NCBI RefSeq assembly: GCF_004010195.1
Contig: NC_057718.1
Location: forward strand, 7,391,563 to 7,455,562
Direction: 5' to 3'
DNA length: 64,000 nt
DNA from: Chiloscyllium plagiosum
Taxonomy: Eukaryota
Part shown: positions 12,760-25,808 of the stretch, piece by piece
How positions within the stretch are numbered: position 1 is the first letter of the stretch
Layout: every line of letters starts with the position of its first letter
Made by a program: the position numbers and the translations under genes
The notes under the pieces: model-generated
Seen by the model: only the letters and a program-made list of their open reading frames with translations
Database searches by the model: none
What the model was told of the DNA's origin: nothing

Positions 12760-13282
12760 TAGAGTAGAGGACCGCCAAGTTAAGACTGAGATGAGGAGGA
12801 ATTTCTTTCAGATTTTTCCTCACAGCTTTTGGAATTCCTTACCACAGAGGGGAACAGAGTCCTTGTGTATTTTCAAGAGTGAGATGGACTCTTGATCAGT
12901 TGGGAAATCAAGGGTTACGGGGAAAGGGCAGGAAAGCAGATGTGAGGAATTTTGGATCTGCCATGATCCTATTGAACGTTGGAGCAGACTCCATGGGCAG
13001 AAAGGTCTACTCCTGTTCACATTTCTTATGGTCACTGGGTTTTTGATGTTATTGACAATGATAGCCATTTGGCCTTGTTTGTGGCAAGTCTTTCCAGAAC
13101 CATAAGAAAAACATAAATAATGTATCAATGAAACAATTGCACTAAATGGTCAACAACAAGAGAGGCTTTTTTAGTTCATTTGGAGAAAACTTTCTCCCAT
13201 TGTAAGGATCAAGATGCCACAGAGCACCAATTTAAGGGAATAGCAAACTAGTCAACAGTGATAGGAGGGAAATGATTTTGAC

Positions 13283-14072
13283 AATTGGGTCAATGGGCTG
13301 AGGAGTGGCAGATGGAGTTTAATTTGGATAAAAGTGAGGTGTTTCATTTTGGTAAATCAAACAAGGGCAGGACTTATACAATTAATGGTAGGGACCAGGG
13401 TTGTGTTGTAAAACAGTGAGACCCAGGGGTTCAAATACAAAATTCTTTGAGATTTCCATCACAGCTGGACAGGGTGGTTAAGAAGTCATTTAGGACACTG
13501 GCCTTCATTGCTCAGACCTCTGACTACAGGAGTTGGGAAGTCATGTTGAGGTTGTACTGGACATTAGTGTAATACTGTGTAAACTCTGTTATGGGCAGGA
13601 CATTATTAAATTGGAGAGGATTCAGAAAAGATTTACCAGAATATTGCCAGGAATGGAGGGCTTGGATTATCAAAATAGACAGGGTAGTCTGGGACTTTTC
13701 TCATTGGAATGTGGGAAGTTATGGGGAGGCTGAGGTTTGTCATGAGGGACATAGATAAGGTGACGAGTAAGAGTCTTTTCCCTAGGGTGGGGGAGTTCAA
13801 AACTAGGGGGCCTATTTTTAAGGTGAGAGGAGAACATGAGGGACAACCTTTTTTACACAAAGAGTGGTCCGTGTGGGGAATGACCTTCCACAGGAAGTGG
13901 TGGATGTGAGTACAGTTATAACATTTAAAAGACATTTGGATAAGTACATAAATAGGAAAGGTTTGGAAGGATATAGGCCAAGCGCAGGCAGGTGGGACCA
14001 ATTTAATTTGGGAACATGGTTGGTATGGACTGGCCAGACCAAACGGTCTGTTTCTGTGCTGTATGACTCTAT
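13283..14072 (+). mobile_element. CR1 LINE 3' fragment
   Basis: Decayed RT C-terminus and tail. Confidence 0.88.
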
Positions 14073-15199
14073 GGTTAGGATGTGGAATGCACTACCTGAA
14101 CGTGAGGTGAAGGCATTTCCAGTTTTGGTTTCAAAAAGGAATTGGATAAGTCCTTGAAGAGAAAACAATTTCAGAACTATGGAGAAAGGTGGTGGGTAGA
14201 GGATCTGTTGAGTTGCTGGATGTGTACATTAAATTCCACCCTTTGTTCCTGGCCCGAGAACTGTCAATCAGTGGAAATGGTTCCTCCCTATCCATCCTAG
14301 TTGTTGCTGGAACATCTTTAAAACTTCAATTAAACTGCTAAATTCTAAGTTGCACAATGTTAGTTTGTTAGTTCTCTCCTCATTATTTAACTCTCAGGCA
14401 TCATTCTTGTAAATATATGCTGCCCTCCCTTTCAGGCCTGAGCATCCTTCAGGATCTGGTGTCTAGAAATTCTCATACCACCCTTCTTCCACAGGATCAT
14501 CTGTAAGGTTAACTATCATTAGTATAATGCTTTCAGCAAGATAATTAATAAATATTCTGAAGAGCAGGAGAAACCAAAATTGAGGTCTGGAGACTTTGCT
14601 GTTCTCAGCTGCCAAAGGCAGTTACGTTTTTATTTATTTATAGATATCTAGCCTCTTTCCAATTATCAAGTAACTTCATAATCCAATTTACCAATTTACC
14701 GTGGATCCCAAGAGTTTTTGTCCTAGTCATAAGTCTCTTGTCAGAGAGAGCAGATGTTTTCTGGAAGTCAACCATATTATTTTTATCTACTGACTATGTT
14801 ACACACTTAAAGAATTTTAACAAATTCCTTCAATGTGGCTTGTTTTTGATAAACCCTTGTTGATTCACACACCCTTGAACGTTCTAGAAATTCTTGAATA
14901 TTTTCCTTTAAAACAGACGTGGATTTATTTGCACATAGCGTGGGGAAATGCAGCACAAAAAACAGACCATTCATCCTGAACAAAAACAGAAATTGTTGGA
15001 GAAACTCAGCAGGTCTGGCAGTATCTGTGAAGGAAACAAGATTTTGAGTCTGGTGACTGTACATAAGAACACATCTTAATTTGTCTTTAGCTGCATTACA
15101 CACACCTCAAACCTTCCACTAACTATAACTTTCCAATTGCATGCAAACCATTTCATTTCCTTCTCTGTTGTCTATGCATCAGGTTTCCTCGAAATTTCT

Positions 15200-15518
15200 C
15201 ATAGAATCCCTAAAGTGTGGAAACAGGCTATTCAGCCCATTGAGTCCACACCGACCCTCCGAAGAGCATCCCACCCCCTTACCCATACTCTATATTTCCC
15301 ATGGCTAACCTACCTATCCTGCATATCCCTGAACACTATGGGCAATTTAACTTGGCCAATCCATCTAATCCGCACATCTTTGGACTGTGGGAGGAAACCC
15401 ACACTGACACGGGGAGAATGTGCACACTGCACATAGACTGTCGCCCGAGGCTGTAATCAAACACGGGTCCCTGGAACTGTGAGGCAGCAGTGCTATCCAC
15501 TGAGCCACCATGCTGCCC
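15200..15518 (-). mobile_element. HE1-type SINE
   Basis: Similarity to the other copies. Confidence 0.88.
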
Positions 15519-15894
15519 TTTCTTGAAGTGTTCAGCCACTGCATGTGACAGTGAGTTCCATATTTTCATCTCCCTCTATCTAAAGAAATTCACCTGCTTT
15601 TTTTTATCCCATTCATTTGTGTGTCTGGGCTGGACTACCCATAAATGGAAACAGTTTCTCATGTCAACCTCATTGAAGCTGTTCATAATTTAAAAAGCAT
15701 TCATCAAATCTCCTCTTAATATCTTTATCCACTAACAGTTATTCTGAAAGTGTGCTGTGTGCACCATCGATGGTCCATGAGGGCTTCCAGTTGGCCCTTG
15801 TGCTGGAGCAAGCTGCAAATCTCTGAAGCATAATGTCACAGCTGAGACTTTACAAGAGAATAAGCTGCAAGCCTCATACCCATCACACCCACCA

Positions 15895-18800
15895 ATCCCA
15901 TGCCTCCCTACTTTGTGCAATAGCTTACTGTGGGGAACCTTATCAAACCCCTTACTGAAATCTATATACACCACATCAACCGCTTTACCCTCATCCACCT
16001 GTTTGGTCAACATCTCAAAGAACTCAATAAGGTTTATGAGGCATGACCTACCCTTCACAAAACTAATCCCTAATCAACTTATTCCTCTCTAGATTATTAT
16101 AAACCCTTTCTCTTATAACCTTTTGCCAACACTTGACCCACAACCAAAGTAAGGCTCGCTGGTCTATAATTATCAGGGTTGCCTCTACTCCCTTTCTTGA
16201 ACAAGGGGACAACATTTGCTCTCCTCCAGTCTTCTGGCACTACTCCTGTAGACAATGGTGACATAAAGGTCAAAGCCAAAGGCTCTACAATCTCCTCCCT
16301 GACTTCCCAGGGAATCCGAGGATAAATCCCATCCGGCCCAGGAGATTTAACTATTTTTACACTTTCCAGAATTGCTAACAACTCCTCCTTGTGAACCTCA
16401 ATCCTGTTTAGCCTAGTAGCCTGTATCTCAGTATTCTCCTTGACAACATTATCTTTTTCCAGTATGAATACTGAGGAAAAATATTTATTTAGCGCTTCTC
16501 CTATCTCCTCGGACACCACACACAACTTCCCACCACTATCCTTAATCTTTCTCTTGTCATTCTTTTATTCCTGATATACCTGTAGAAAGCTTTAGGGTTT
16601 TCCTTGATTCTATCTTCTGTCCTCTTCTGGTTCTTTTTAGCTCTCTCTTTAGGTCTTTCCTGGCTAACTTGTAACTCTCAAGTGCCCTAACTGAACCTTC
16701 ACATCTCATCCTAACATAAGCCTCCTTCTTCCTCTTGACAAGAGATTCAACTTCTTTAGTAAACCACAACTCCTTCACTTGATTACTTCTCCCTGCCTGA
16801 CAGTAGCTGTTCCTTGAATAAGTTCCGCATTTCAATTGTGCCCATCCCCTGCAGTTTCCTTCCCCATCCTATGCATCCTAAATCTTGCCTAATCACATCA
16901 TAATTGCCTTTCCCCCAGGATTAACTCTTGCCCTGCAGTATACACCTATCCCTTTCCATCTCTAAAGTAAACATAATGGAATTGTGGTTACTATCACGAA
17001 AGTGCTCAACTACCTCCAAATCTAACACTTGGCCAGGTTCAATACCCAGTACCAAATCCAATGTGGCCTCACCCCTTGTTGGCTTGACTACATACTATGT
17101 CAGGAAACTCTCCTGCCCACATTGGACAAAAACTGACCCATCTAAAGTACTCAAACTATAGTATTTCCAGTCAATATTTGGAAAGTTAAAGTCCCCCATA
17201 ACAACAACCCTGTTATTCTCGCTCCTATACAGAATCTTCTTTGCTATCCTTTCCTCTACATCTCTGGAACTGTTCAGAGACCAATAGAAAACTCCCAACA
17301 GAGTGACCTCTCCTTTCCTGTTTCTAACCTCAACTCTTACTACCTCAGTAGACAAGTCTTTCCTCTACATCTCTGGAACTGTTCAGAGGCCTATAGAAAA
17401 CTCCCAACAGAGTGACCTCTCCTTTCCTGTTTCTAACCTCAACCCATACTACCTCAGTAGACAAGTCCTCAAACGTCCTTCCTACCACGGTAATACCATC
17501 CTTGACTAACTATGCCACATCTCCCCCTCCTTTATCACCTTCTCTGCTCTTACTGAAACATCTAAATCCCAGAACCTACAACAACTATTCCTGTCCCTGC
17601 GCTATCCATGTTTCTGAAGTGGCCACAACATTGAAGTCCCAGGTACCAACCCATGCTGCATGTTCACCCGCCTTATTCCGGATGCTCCTGGCATGGAACT
17701 AGACATACTTCAAACCACCTTCCTGCTTGCTGGTGAACTCTTGCAACCTTGAAACCTCATTTCTGACCTGACTACTCTCAACATCCTGGACACAGGAAAT
17801 ACAATTTAGGTTCCCACTGTTGAATTAGTTTAAACCTTCCCAAAAAGCACTAGCCAACATCCCCCTCCCACCCCCCCAACCCCTCCCCACCCGGCCAAGA
17901 ATATTGGCATCCCTCTGGTTCAGATGTAGACCATCCTGTTTGTAGAGGTCTCACCTACCCCAGAATGAACCCCAATTATCCAGGTATCTTAAACTCTCCC
18001 TCCTGCACCATCCCTGTAGCCACGTGTTCAACGGCTCTCTTTCCCTATCCCTTGCCTCACGCGCATGTAGCATGGGCAACATCCAAAGATAACAACTCTG
18101 TTCGTTTGAGCACTAAGCTTCCATCCTAGATCCCTGAATTTCTGCCTTTAATCCCCATCCCTGTTGCTACCTATGTCATTACTACCTATGTGGACCACGA
18201 CTTGGGGCTGCTCCCCCTCCCCCTCGAGGATCCCGATTCGAGACATCACGATTCCTGGCACCTGGGAGGCAACACACCAACCATGAGTCCCTCTATTTCC
18301 CAAAGAACTCCGAGTTGTCCCCCTAACTATGGAGTCCCCAATGACTAATGCTCTTCTCATCTGCCCCCTTCCCTTCTGAGCAACAGGGACAGACTCTGTG
18401 TCAGAGACCTATACTCCATTACCCCTGGTAAATCTTCCCCCCCAACAATATTCAAAACGGTATCCTTGTTATTGAGGGGAACGGCCACAGAGGATCTCTG
18501 TACTGCCTGCCGGTTTCCTTTCCCTCCCCTAACTATAACCCATTTGCCTTTTTCTTGTAACTGAGGTGTGACTACCTCCCTGTAACTCCTCTCAATAACC
18601 CCCTCAGCCTCCCGAATGATCCAAAGTTCATCCAGTTCCAACTCCAGTTCCCTAATGGGGTTTTCAAGGAGCTGGATTTGGGTGCACTTCCCAGAGATGC
18701 ACTCAGGAAGGACACTAATGGTGACCCTTACCTCCCACATTCAGCAGGAGGAACATTCAATTGCCCTAACCTCCATTCCTATTATTCTAAATTCCCAAAG

Positions 18801-19030
18801 GGACTGTATAAAGGTGAAGAATAAAAAAACACTAGTTATCTTATCAATCCAATGCAGAGAACCTTTTTTTTGGTTAAAGGAGGAGGATGGTTGGGAGACA
18901 CCACCTAAGTAGTGTTTCGGGTAACACAACCACCCAAATATATTCCTTCATTTACTCAGCAGTCCCCTGTCCGCTTGTGCTCAACGTGCTCTCCGCCTTC
19001 TCACGAAGTCAGTTTTTAAATCAGTGATTC
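15895..19030 (-). mobile_element. CR1 LINE retaining 5' UTR, ORF1 (Cys motif plus SGNH/GDSL esterase) and ORF2 endonuclease to mid-RT; 3' part missing
   Basis: ORF1 pieces ECSSC.MWE..., RELELELDEL, ALVIGDSIVRG, VVHIGSNDIG; endonuclease motif VVMGDFNFPNIDW; RT motifs KSPGPDG and DFSKGFDKVPH; many frameshifts. Confidence 0.93.
17250..17466. repeat. About 109-bp tandem duplication inside the CR1
   Basis: ttcctctacatctctggaactgttcagag...cctcagtagacaagtc occurs twice in tandem. Confidence 0.92.
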
Positions 19031-19109
19031 ATCTTCCTGACAGCGCCCTGGTCAATGCTCTCGCTCCTCCTGCTGCTGAAACAAAAACGGAGGGCCCCCA
19101 AGCAGATCT

Positions 19110-19762
19110 TTGCGAATTAACCTATCCATGCCCCTCCTGATTTTACAAACCTCTGTAAGGTCTCCCCTCAAAGTCCCACGCTCAAGTGAAACAAACCCCA
19201 GCCTTTCCAGTCTCTCCTTGTAACTGAAACCCCCCCCCCCCCCCCCCCCCATTCCAGGTAAATCTTTTCTGAGCCCTCTCCAATTTAATAATATGCTTCC
19301 TATAGCAGGGTGACCAGAACTGTATGCAGTACTCCAAAAATAGCCTCACCAACATCCTGTAAAACCTCAACATGATGTCCCAACTCTGATACTCAATGGT
19401 CTGAGCAATGAAGGCAAGCATGCTAAACCCCTTCTTAACCACCCTGTCCACCTGTGACACAACTTTCAAAGAACTATGTACCTGACCCCTAGGTCCCTCT
19501 GTTCAACAACACCACCCAGGGCCCTACCATTAACTGTATAAGTCACGCCCTTGTTCGATTTAGCAAAATGCAATACCTCACGTTTATTCAAATTAAACTC
19601 CATGTGCCATTCCTCAGCCCATTGGCTCAATTGGTGATGATACCTCCGTAATCATAGATAACCTTCTTCACCTCCCACTATACCTCCAATTTCAGTGTCA
19701 TCCACAAACATACTAACCATGCCTCCTAAATTCTCATCCAAATCCTTTATGTAAATGATAAA
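19110..19762 (-). mobile_element. CR1 LINE RT fragment
   Basis: QVDRVVKK...LEYCIQFWSPCYRK...LRGDLTEV. Confidence 0.88.
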
Positions 19763-20207
19763 CTTATGTACCCCTAAGAGTGTAGAAAGTTCCGGAGTGA
19801 TCTGATCGAAGTCTTCAAGATATTAACAGGAAAAGATAGGATAGACAAACTACCTCGACTGTTCTGAAGAAGGGACAGTGAACTCTAAACATTAACTCTG
19901 CTTCGTCTCCACTGCCAGACCTCTTACGTTGCTCCAGCAATTTTAGTTTTTATTTCCCCGATTAGAGATTCTGGAACTGCGGGGTATAGTCCAACAATGA
20001 GATCCAGACTGTTAATGAGAGAGTTAGGACGCACTTCTACACACAAAGGGTGGGAAAGGTTTGGAACTCTCTTCACAGACAGCAGTTGATGTCAGATCCA
20101 TTGTTAATTTTAAATTTCAGACAGATATATTTTTGTAAAGCAAAGCATATAAGAGATATGGGCCTAAGGCAGATATATGGAGTTAGGCCACAGATCAGCC
20201 ATGATCG

Positions 20208-20546
20208 CACAGAATCCTTGTAGTGCAGAAAGAGGCCATTCGTCCCATTAAGTCCGCATCAATCTTCCAAAGAGCTTCCCAATCAGACCCATGACCCCTA
20301 GCCTATCGCTATAACCACATATTTCCGATGGCTAGCCTGCACACTATGGGGCAATTTAGCATGACCAATCCACTGGAACCTGTGCAACTTTGGATTGTGG
20401 GAGGAAACCGGAGTACCCAGTAGAACCCCGCACAGATACGGGGAGAACGCGCAAACTCCACACAGTTCGTCACTTGAGGGTGAAATCAAACCCGGGTCCC
20501 TGGCGCTGTGAGGCAGCAGTGCTAACCACTGAGCCACCATGTCACC
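20208..20546 (-). mobile_element. HE1-type SINE inserted in an old CR1 tail
   Basis: Similarity to the other copies; the CR1 tail resumes at 20547. Confidence 0.88.
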
Positions 20547-21459
20547 CATTGAATGGCAGAACAGATATGAGAAGTTGAATGGCCTATACTTGGTCCTATG
20601 TTCCTATGCAATGACGACACTAGTTTCTATGTGTTTAACAGGGCACATACATCTCATTTTAAAACATCTTTGCTTCAAGACCTGGTTTCCAGCACTTTGT
20701 GCAGTTTGTTTATTCACCCAGAATCCACAGCCAGGCTCAACCAATAAAACAAAGTGAACATTAGTGAAAAAAAGATCACGCAAACAAACTCAAAACAACT
20801 GAACACTGCACATGTAGCATCATTAGATCAGACCGGGCGCCACATGCGTGACACACGTTGTCATAAACAGTAACAGTGTAGTTTCATAAACAGAATTCAT
20901 AACACGGTTGCTGCACATAAGAGCAACTTCAGATTTCTAACAACTGTGTGGGGCCTGAGAGCGGAGGGGAACCAGCTGAATGGGGAGCTTGACTCACCAG
21001 ACATCACCTCATTGGTGTCTCAACAAAAGCAGCATCATTCTTCCGACTAATCCTGACCAATTTTATTTGCAGCGGTAAGTGGAAATGCAACAGAACTCAT
21101 TGATAGTCTGTGAGGGTTTTAGGTGGCTGATGGGATAAAGAAGTGTGAGAACCACATAGAGTTACATTAAAGCTGGCTATTCAGGAAGTCAACAATCCAA
21201 GTGCCTAACCTTTTCCAAATGAGAAAAGGACCAATTTTATTGACAATGTGGTTGCTTCACCTAATGTGATACGCTGGCTTGAGATCACTATGTAATCAGA
21301 ATTAGACGGTAACACTTGAGATAAATTTCTTTTCTCATTATGCATTTTGTGCTGTTGGAGCATGCACTCAGTAGATGGGCTCTGAATGTGTCCTACACTG
21401 ACCACCTCAGACATGCTTCTTATCCTGGATGCAGAGGAGATTTGGAGATGAAACTGATG

Positions 21460-21779
21460 ATTAGAACCCCTACTGTGTGGAAACAGGCCATTCAGTCCAT
21501 AATGATCCTTCAAAAAGCATTCCACCCAGACCCAACCCCAGTAACCCTGCATTTCCCATGGCTTACCCACCCAGCCTGCACACTATGGGCAATTTGGCAT
21601 GGCCAATCTACCTCACCTGCACAGCTTTGGACTGAGGGAAGAAACCACAGCATCCAATGGAAACCCACACAGACACAAGGAGAATGGGCAAACTCCACAC
21701 AGCCAGTCAACCGAGTGTGGAAGTTGAACCCAGGTCCCTGGTGCTGTGGGACACCAGTGCTAACCACTAAGCCACCATG
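21460..21779 (-). mobile_element. HE1-type SINE
   Basis: Similarity to the other copies. Confidence 0.85.
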
Positions 21780-21904
21780 ATCTTCTATGGGAGCTGAACA
21801 CAGGAACTGTCCTTCTGCAGGTCTTAGAAAAATAAGTAGCGACTTGATTGAAATGTCTAAGACCCTGCCCCAGCATAACAGGGCTCAGGTGAAGAGGATC
21901 CATG

Positions 21905-23020
21905 GTCATGGTCATAGACTCATGGAGTCATACAGCATAGAAAAGGCCCTTCAGTCCATTGAATCTGCACCGACAATAACTAAAGATGTGCTAAACCCAG
22001 TTTCCTGCATTTGTCCCTGTCGTTGAATGCTATGATATTCCCAGTGCTTCTCCAAACATAATTTTAACGACTGTAAGGTTTCCAGCCTACATTACCTTCC
22101 AAGGAAATGCATTCCAGATCTCCACCACCCACTGAGTGAACACTTTTCACCACAAACCCACTGAATCTCCTGCCCCTTACCCTAAAACTATGTCCTTTTG
22201 TCATTGAGCCCCCAACCAAGGGGAACAGCTGCTCTCTACTCACCCTATCCATACCCCTCATAATCTTATACACCTCAATCAAGTCAACCCTCACTCTTCT
22301 CTGCTCTAAAGAAAACATTTTAACCTTATCTAAGCTCTCCTCATAGCTCAACTTCTCCATCCCAGGCAACATCCTGGTGAACCTGCTCTGTAACCCCTCC
22401 AGTGCTATCACATCCTTCCTGTCGTGAGGTGACCAGAGCTGCACACAGTCCTCCAGCTGTGGCCTGACCAACATTCTGTACAACGCCAACGTTACCTCCT
22501 TACTCTTATACTCTATACCATGACTGAGGAAAGCAAGTGTCCCATATTCCTTCTTCACTATCCTTTTCACGTGCTCCACCTGCTTCAGGAATCTGTGACT
22601 AATTACTCCAAGATCCCCCTGTTTCTCTGAGCTATCCCATGTCCTGCCATTCATTAAATACTCCCACATCACATTTTCCCTTCTAAAGTGTATCACTTCA
22701 CACTTATCAGGGTTAAATACCATCTGCTAATGGTCTGCCCATCTGCTCAACCAGTCTATATCTTCCCGGAATCTACACCCATCTTCTTCACTATTAACCA
22801 CCCTACTTATCTTGGTGTCATCTGCAAACTTGCATAACATTCCCCCACATTTTCATCGATATTGTTTATATATATATATATATATATATAAAACAGTCTG
22901 ATCCTTGTGGGACACCACTGGACACCGGCCTCCAGTCACAGTCTTCTACCACTACCCTTTGTATCCTATCCAAGTTTCCCTGAATTCCATGTGTTTTAAC
23001 CTTCTCAATTAATCTTCCAC
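21905..23020 (-). mobile_element. CR1 LINE 3' portion
   Basis: ORF 22064-22723 (FNPDKCEVIHF...VRPQLEDCVQLWSP); upstream GVPQG and KFADD remnants. Confidence 0.92.
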
Positions 23021-23047
23021 TTTTTAAAAATCAGAGGTCGCGTACGG

Positions 23048-23409
23048 GAGGAGGCAATGGCTTGATGGTATTATCTCTGGACTGTTAATCCAGAGACCCA
23101 GATAACGTTCCAGAGACCTGGGTTTGAATCCCTCCATGTCAAATGGTGGAACTTGAATTGAATAGAAAAAAAAAATCCGGATTTAAGATGACCAGGAATC
23201 CATTGCTGAGTATGTAAAAAACAAATCTACCTGGTTCACTAATGCCCTTTTGGGAAGGAAACTGCCATGCTTTCCTAGTCTGGTCTATATGTGACCCCAG
23301 ACCCACAATAATGTTGTTGACATTTAACTGCCCTTTGGGCAATTAGGGTTGGGCAATAAATGCTGGGCTCATCAATGACGCTTATATCTCATGAATAAAT
23401 AAAAAAAAA
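23048..23409 (+). mobile_element. tRNA-derived SINE, third family, sharing its 3' tail with the LINE fragments at 36400-36995 and 43440-43980
   Basis: Head with B box gggtttgaatccc; tail gggcaattagggttgggcaataaatgctgg...aataaaaa. Confidence 0.75.
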
Positions 23410-23643
23410 CTTAAAGCAAAGATGAGGCAAAATGAAATTTTCTCTTAGAGAGTCATGAATCTTTAAACATCTCTTGCAGAGATGGAAATAGAGTCCTTGG
23501 AAAATCTTTAAGGCAGAGTTGGACACGTTCTTGGTAAACAAGGGGGTGAAAGGTTATTGGGGAGGGATAGCCAGAGTAATCAGATCTTGTTAAATGCTGG
23601 AACAGGCTAGAGGGGTCAAATGACCCACTCCTGTTGCTAACTC

Positions 23644-24148
23644 TTCAGCCCTTTGGCCCAGCAATCCACACCGACCCTCCAAAGAGTAACCCACCCAGTC
23701 CCATTCCCCAACCTGACATTTACCCCTGACTATTGCACCTAACCTACATATCCCTGAACACTATGAGCAATTTAGCATGGCCAATTCACCTGACCTTCAT
23801 ATCCCTGAACACTATGGGCAATTTAGTATGACCAATTCACCTAACTTACATATCCCTGAACACTATGGGCAATTTAGCATGGCCTATTCACCTAACCTAC
23901 ATATCCTTAACACTATGGGCAATTTAGCATGGCCAATTCACCTAACCAACACACCCTGAACACTATGGGCAATTTAGCGTGGCCAATTCACCTAACCCGC
24001 ACATCTTTGGATTGGGATGAAACTGGAGCACCCGGAGCAAACCCATGCAGACACAGGGAGAATGTGCAAACTCCACCTGAGGCTGGAATCAAACCCAGGT
24101 CCCGAGCACTGTGAGGCAGCAGTGCTAACCACTGAGCCACCGCGCCAG
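23644..24148 (-). mobile_element. HE1-type SINE with an internal tandem expansion
   Basis: Head at about 24085-24148; five 50-51-bp units from 23736. Confidence 0.9.
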
Positions 24149-24989
24149 CCCAATCACCACCCATTTTTTAACATCTGATTTCTGTGAGCAGTAGAATGAC
24201 TATGGCTTTGTTTTACAGTTCTGCAGAAAACCAGCTTCAACCACAATGTCTTTCCACATGCAGGAGAAGTTACAGCTGGGTGGTAGCATGGAGGGCCGGA
24301 GAGGCGTATTTGTACATTCAAGAAACGTCTTGGACTCAGTGGTGGCAGTACTGGGAAAGACCGTACTTGCTGCAGGATTTTCCTGTGGTTGAAATGAAAG
24401 CAGATGTTGGAAGTTAAACAATGAGCAGAATCAACTCTATCTATATATTGCAGAGAGAGAGAGAGAGAGGCAGAGAGAAGCGAAGCAGTCCTGTAAAGAT
24501 CAAGGCTTCTGGGGATTTCTTTCCCAAGAATTAGCAATACAGCCGAGAAAATTAACTTCCTAGCCGCTGGGTACTATCAGTGCAAATGTACTTACTTGAA
24601 AGAATTAATGTATGGATTTTTGGCTCTGGGTCAAACTCCTTCAGGAGCTAATCAGCCATTACAGGATATGAACCCAATTGAAAGTGCTCATCCGCAATTA
24701 AATAAAGCAAAAAATATTTTGGATGCTAGAGATCTGAAATAAATAGAGAAACTGCTGTGGAAATTCAGCAGGTTTTCAAAGTAAATGACATATTGAATTT
24801 GAAGGGTTAACTCGGTTTCTCAGCCCACAGATGCTGCCAGATCTGACACATTTCACCTGGATCTTCTAGATCACAATATTATCAGTAATAACCTAGTTCA
24901 AGTTTACTGATGCTAGATTAGTTGTTAATTTTTAATCTGGGATGGATAAAGTTTTATAAAGCAAAAGTACTAGAAGATATGGGACAAAG

Positions 24990-25808
24990 ACAGATAAGCT
25001 GCAGAGCTGGGCTGAGAGGTGGCAAATGGAGTTTAATGCAGACAAGTGTGAGGTGATTCATTTTGGTCGGAGTAACCGGAATGCAAAGTACTGGGCTAAT
25101 GGTAAGATTCTTGGTAGTGTCAATGAGCAGAGAGATCTCGGTGTCCATGTACACAGATCCTTGAAAGTTGCCACCCAGGTTGACAGGGTTGTTAAGAAGG
25201 TATACAGTGTTTTAGCTTTTATTAACAGAGGGATTGAGGTTATGCTGCAGCTGTACAAAACTCTGGTGCGGCCGCACTTGGAGTATTTATACAGTTCTGG
25301 TCACTGCATTATAAGAAGGATGTGAAAGCTTTGGAAAGGATGCATAGGAGATTTACTAGGATGTTGCCTGGTATGGAGGGATGGTCTTACGAGGAAAGGC
25401 TGAGGTACTTGAGGCTGTTTTCATTGGAGAGAAGAAGGTTGAGAGGTGACTTAATAGAGACACACAAGATAATCAGAGGGTTAAATAGGGTGGACAGTGA
25501 GAGCCGTTTTCCAAGTATGGTGACGGCGAGCACGAGGGCGCATAGCTTTAAATTGAGGGGTGATAGATATAGGGCAGATGCCAGAGGTAGTTTCTTTACT
25601 CAGAGAGTAATAAGGGTATGGAATGCTTTGCCTGCAATGGTAGTAGATTCGCCAAGTTTAAGTACATTTAAGTCGTCATTGGACAGGCATATGGACGTAT
25701 ATGGAATAGTGTAGGTTAGATGGGCTTCAGATTGGTATGACAGGTCGGCGCAACATCGAGGGCCGAAGGGCCTGTACTGCGCTGTAATATTCTATGTTCT
25801 ATGCTCTA
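24990..25808 (+). mobile_element. CR1 LINE 3' portion inserted in an older CR1 tail
   Basis: MEFNADKCEVIHFG, LVRPHLEY, LRGDLIE; tail ttctatgttctatg. Confidence 0.92.

Noticed and set aside
23736..24005. CRISPR-like appearance of this and the 54909-55524 array
   Set aside because: Contiguous tandem units without unique spacers, in eukaryotic DNA.
24154..24537. Overlapping ORFs as a candidate AIG1 exon 2
   Set aside because: No resemblance to AIG1 in the frames examined.
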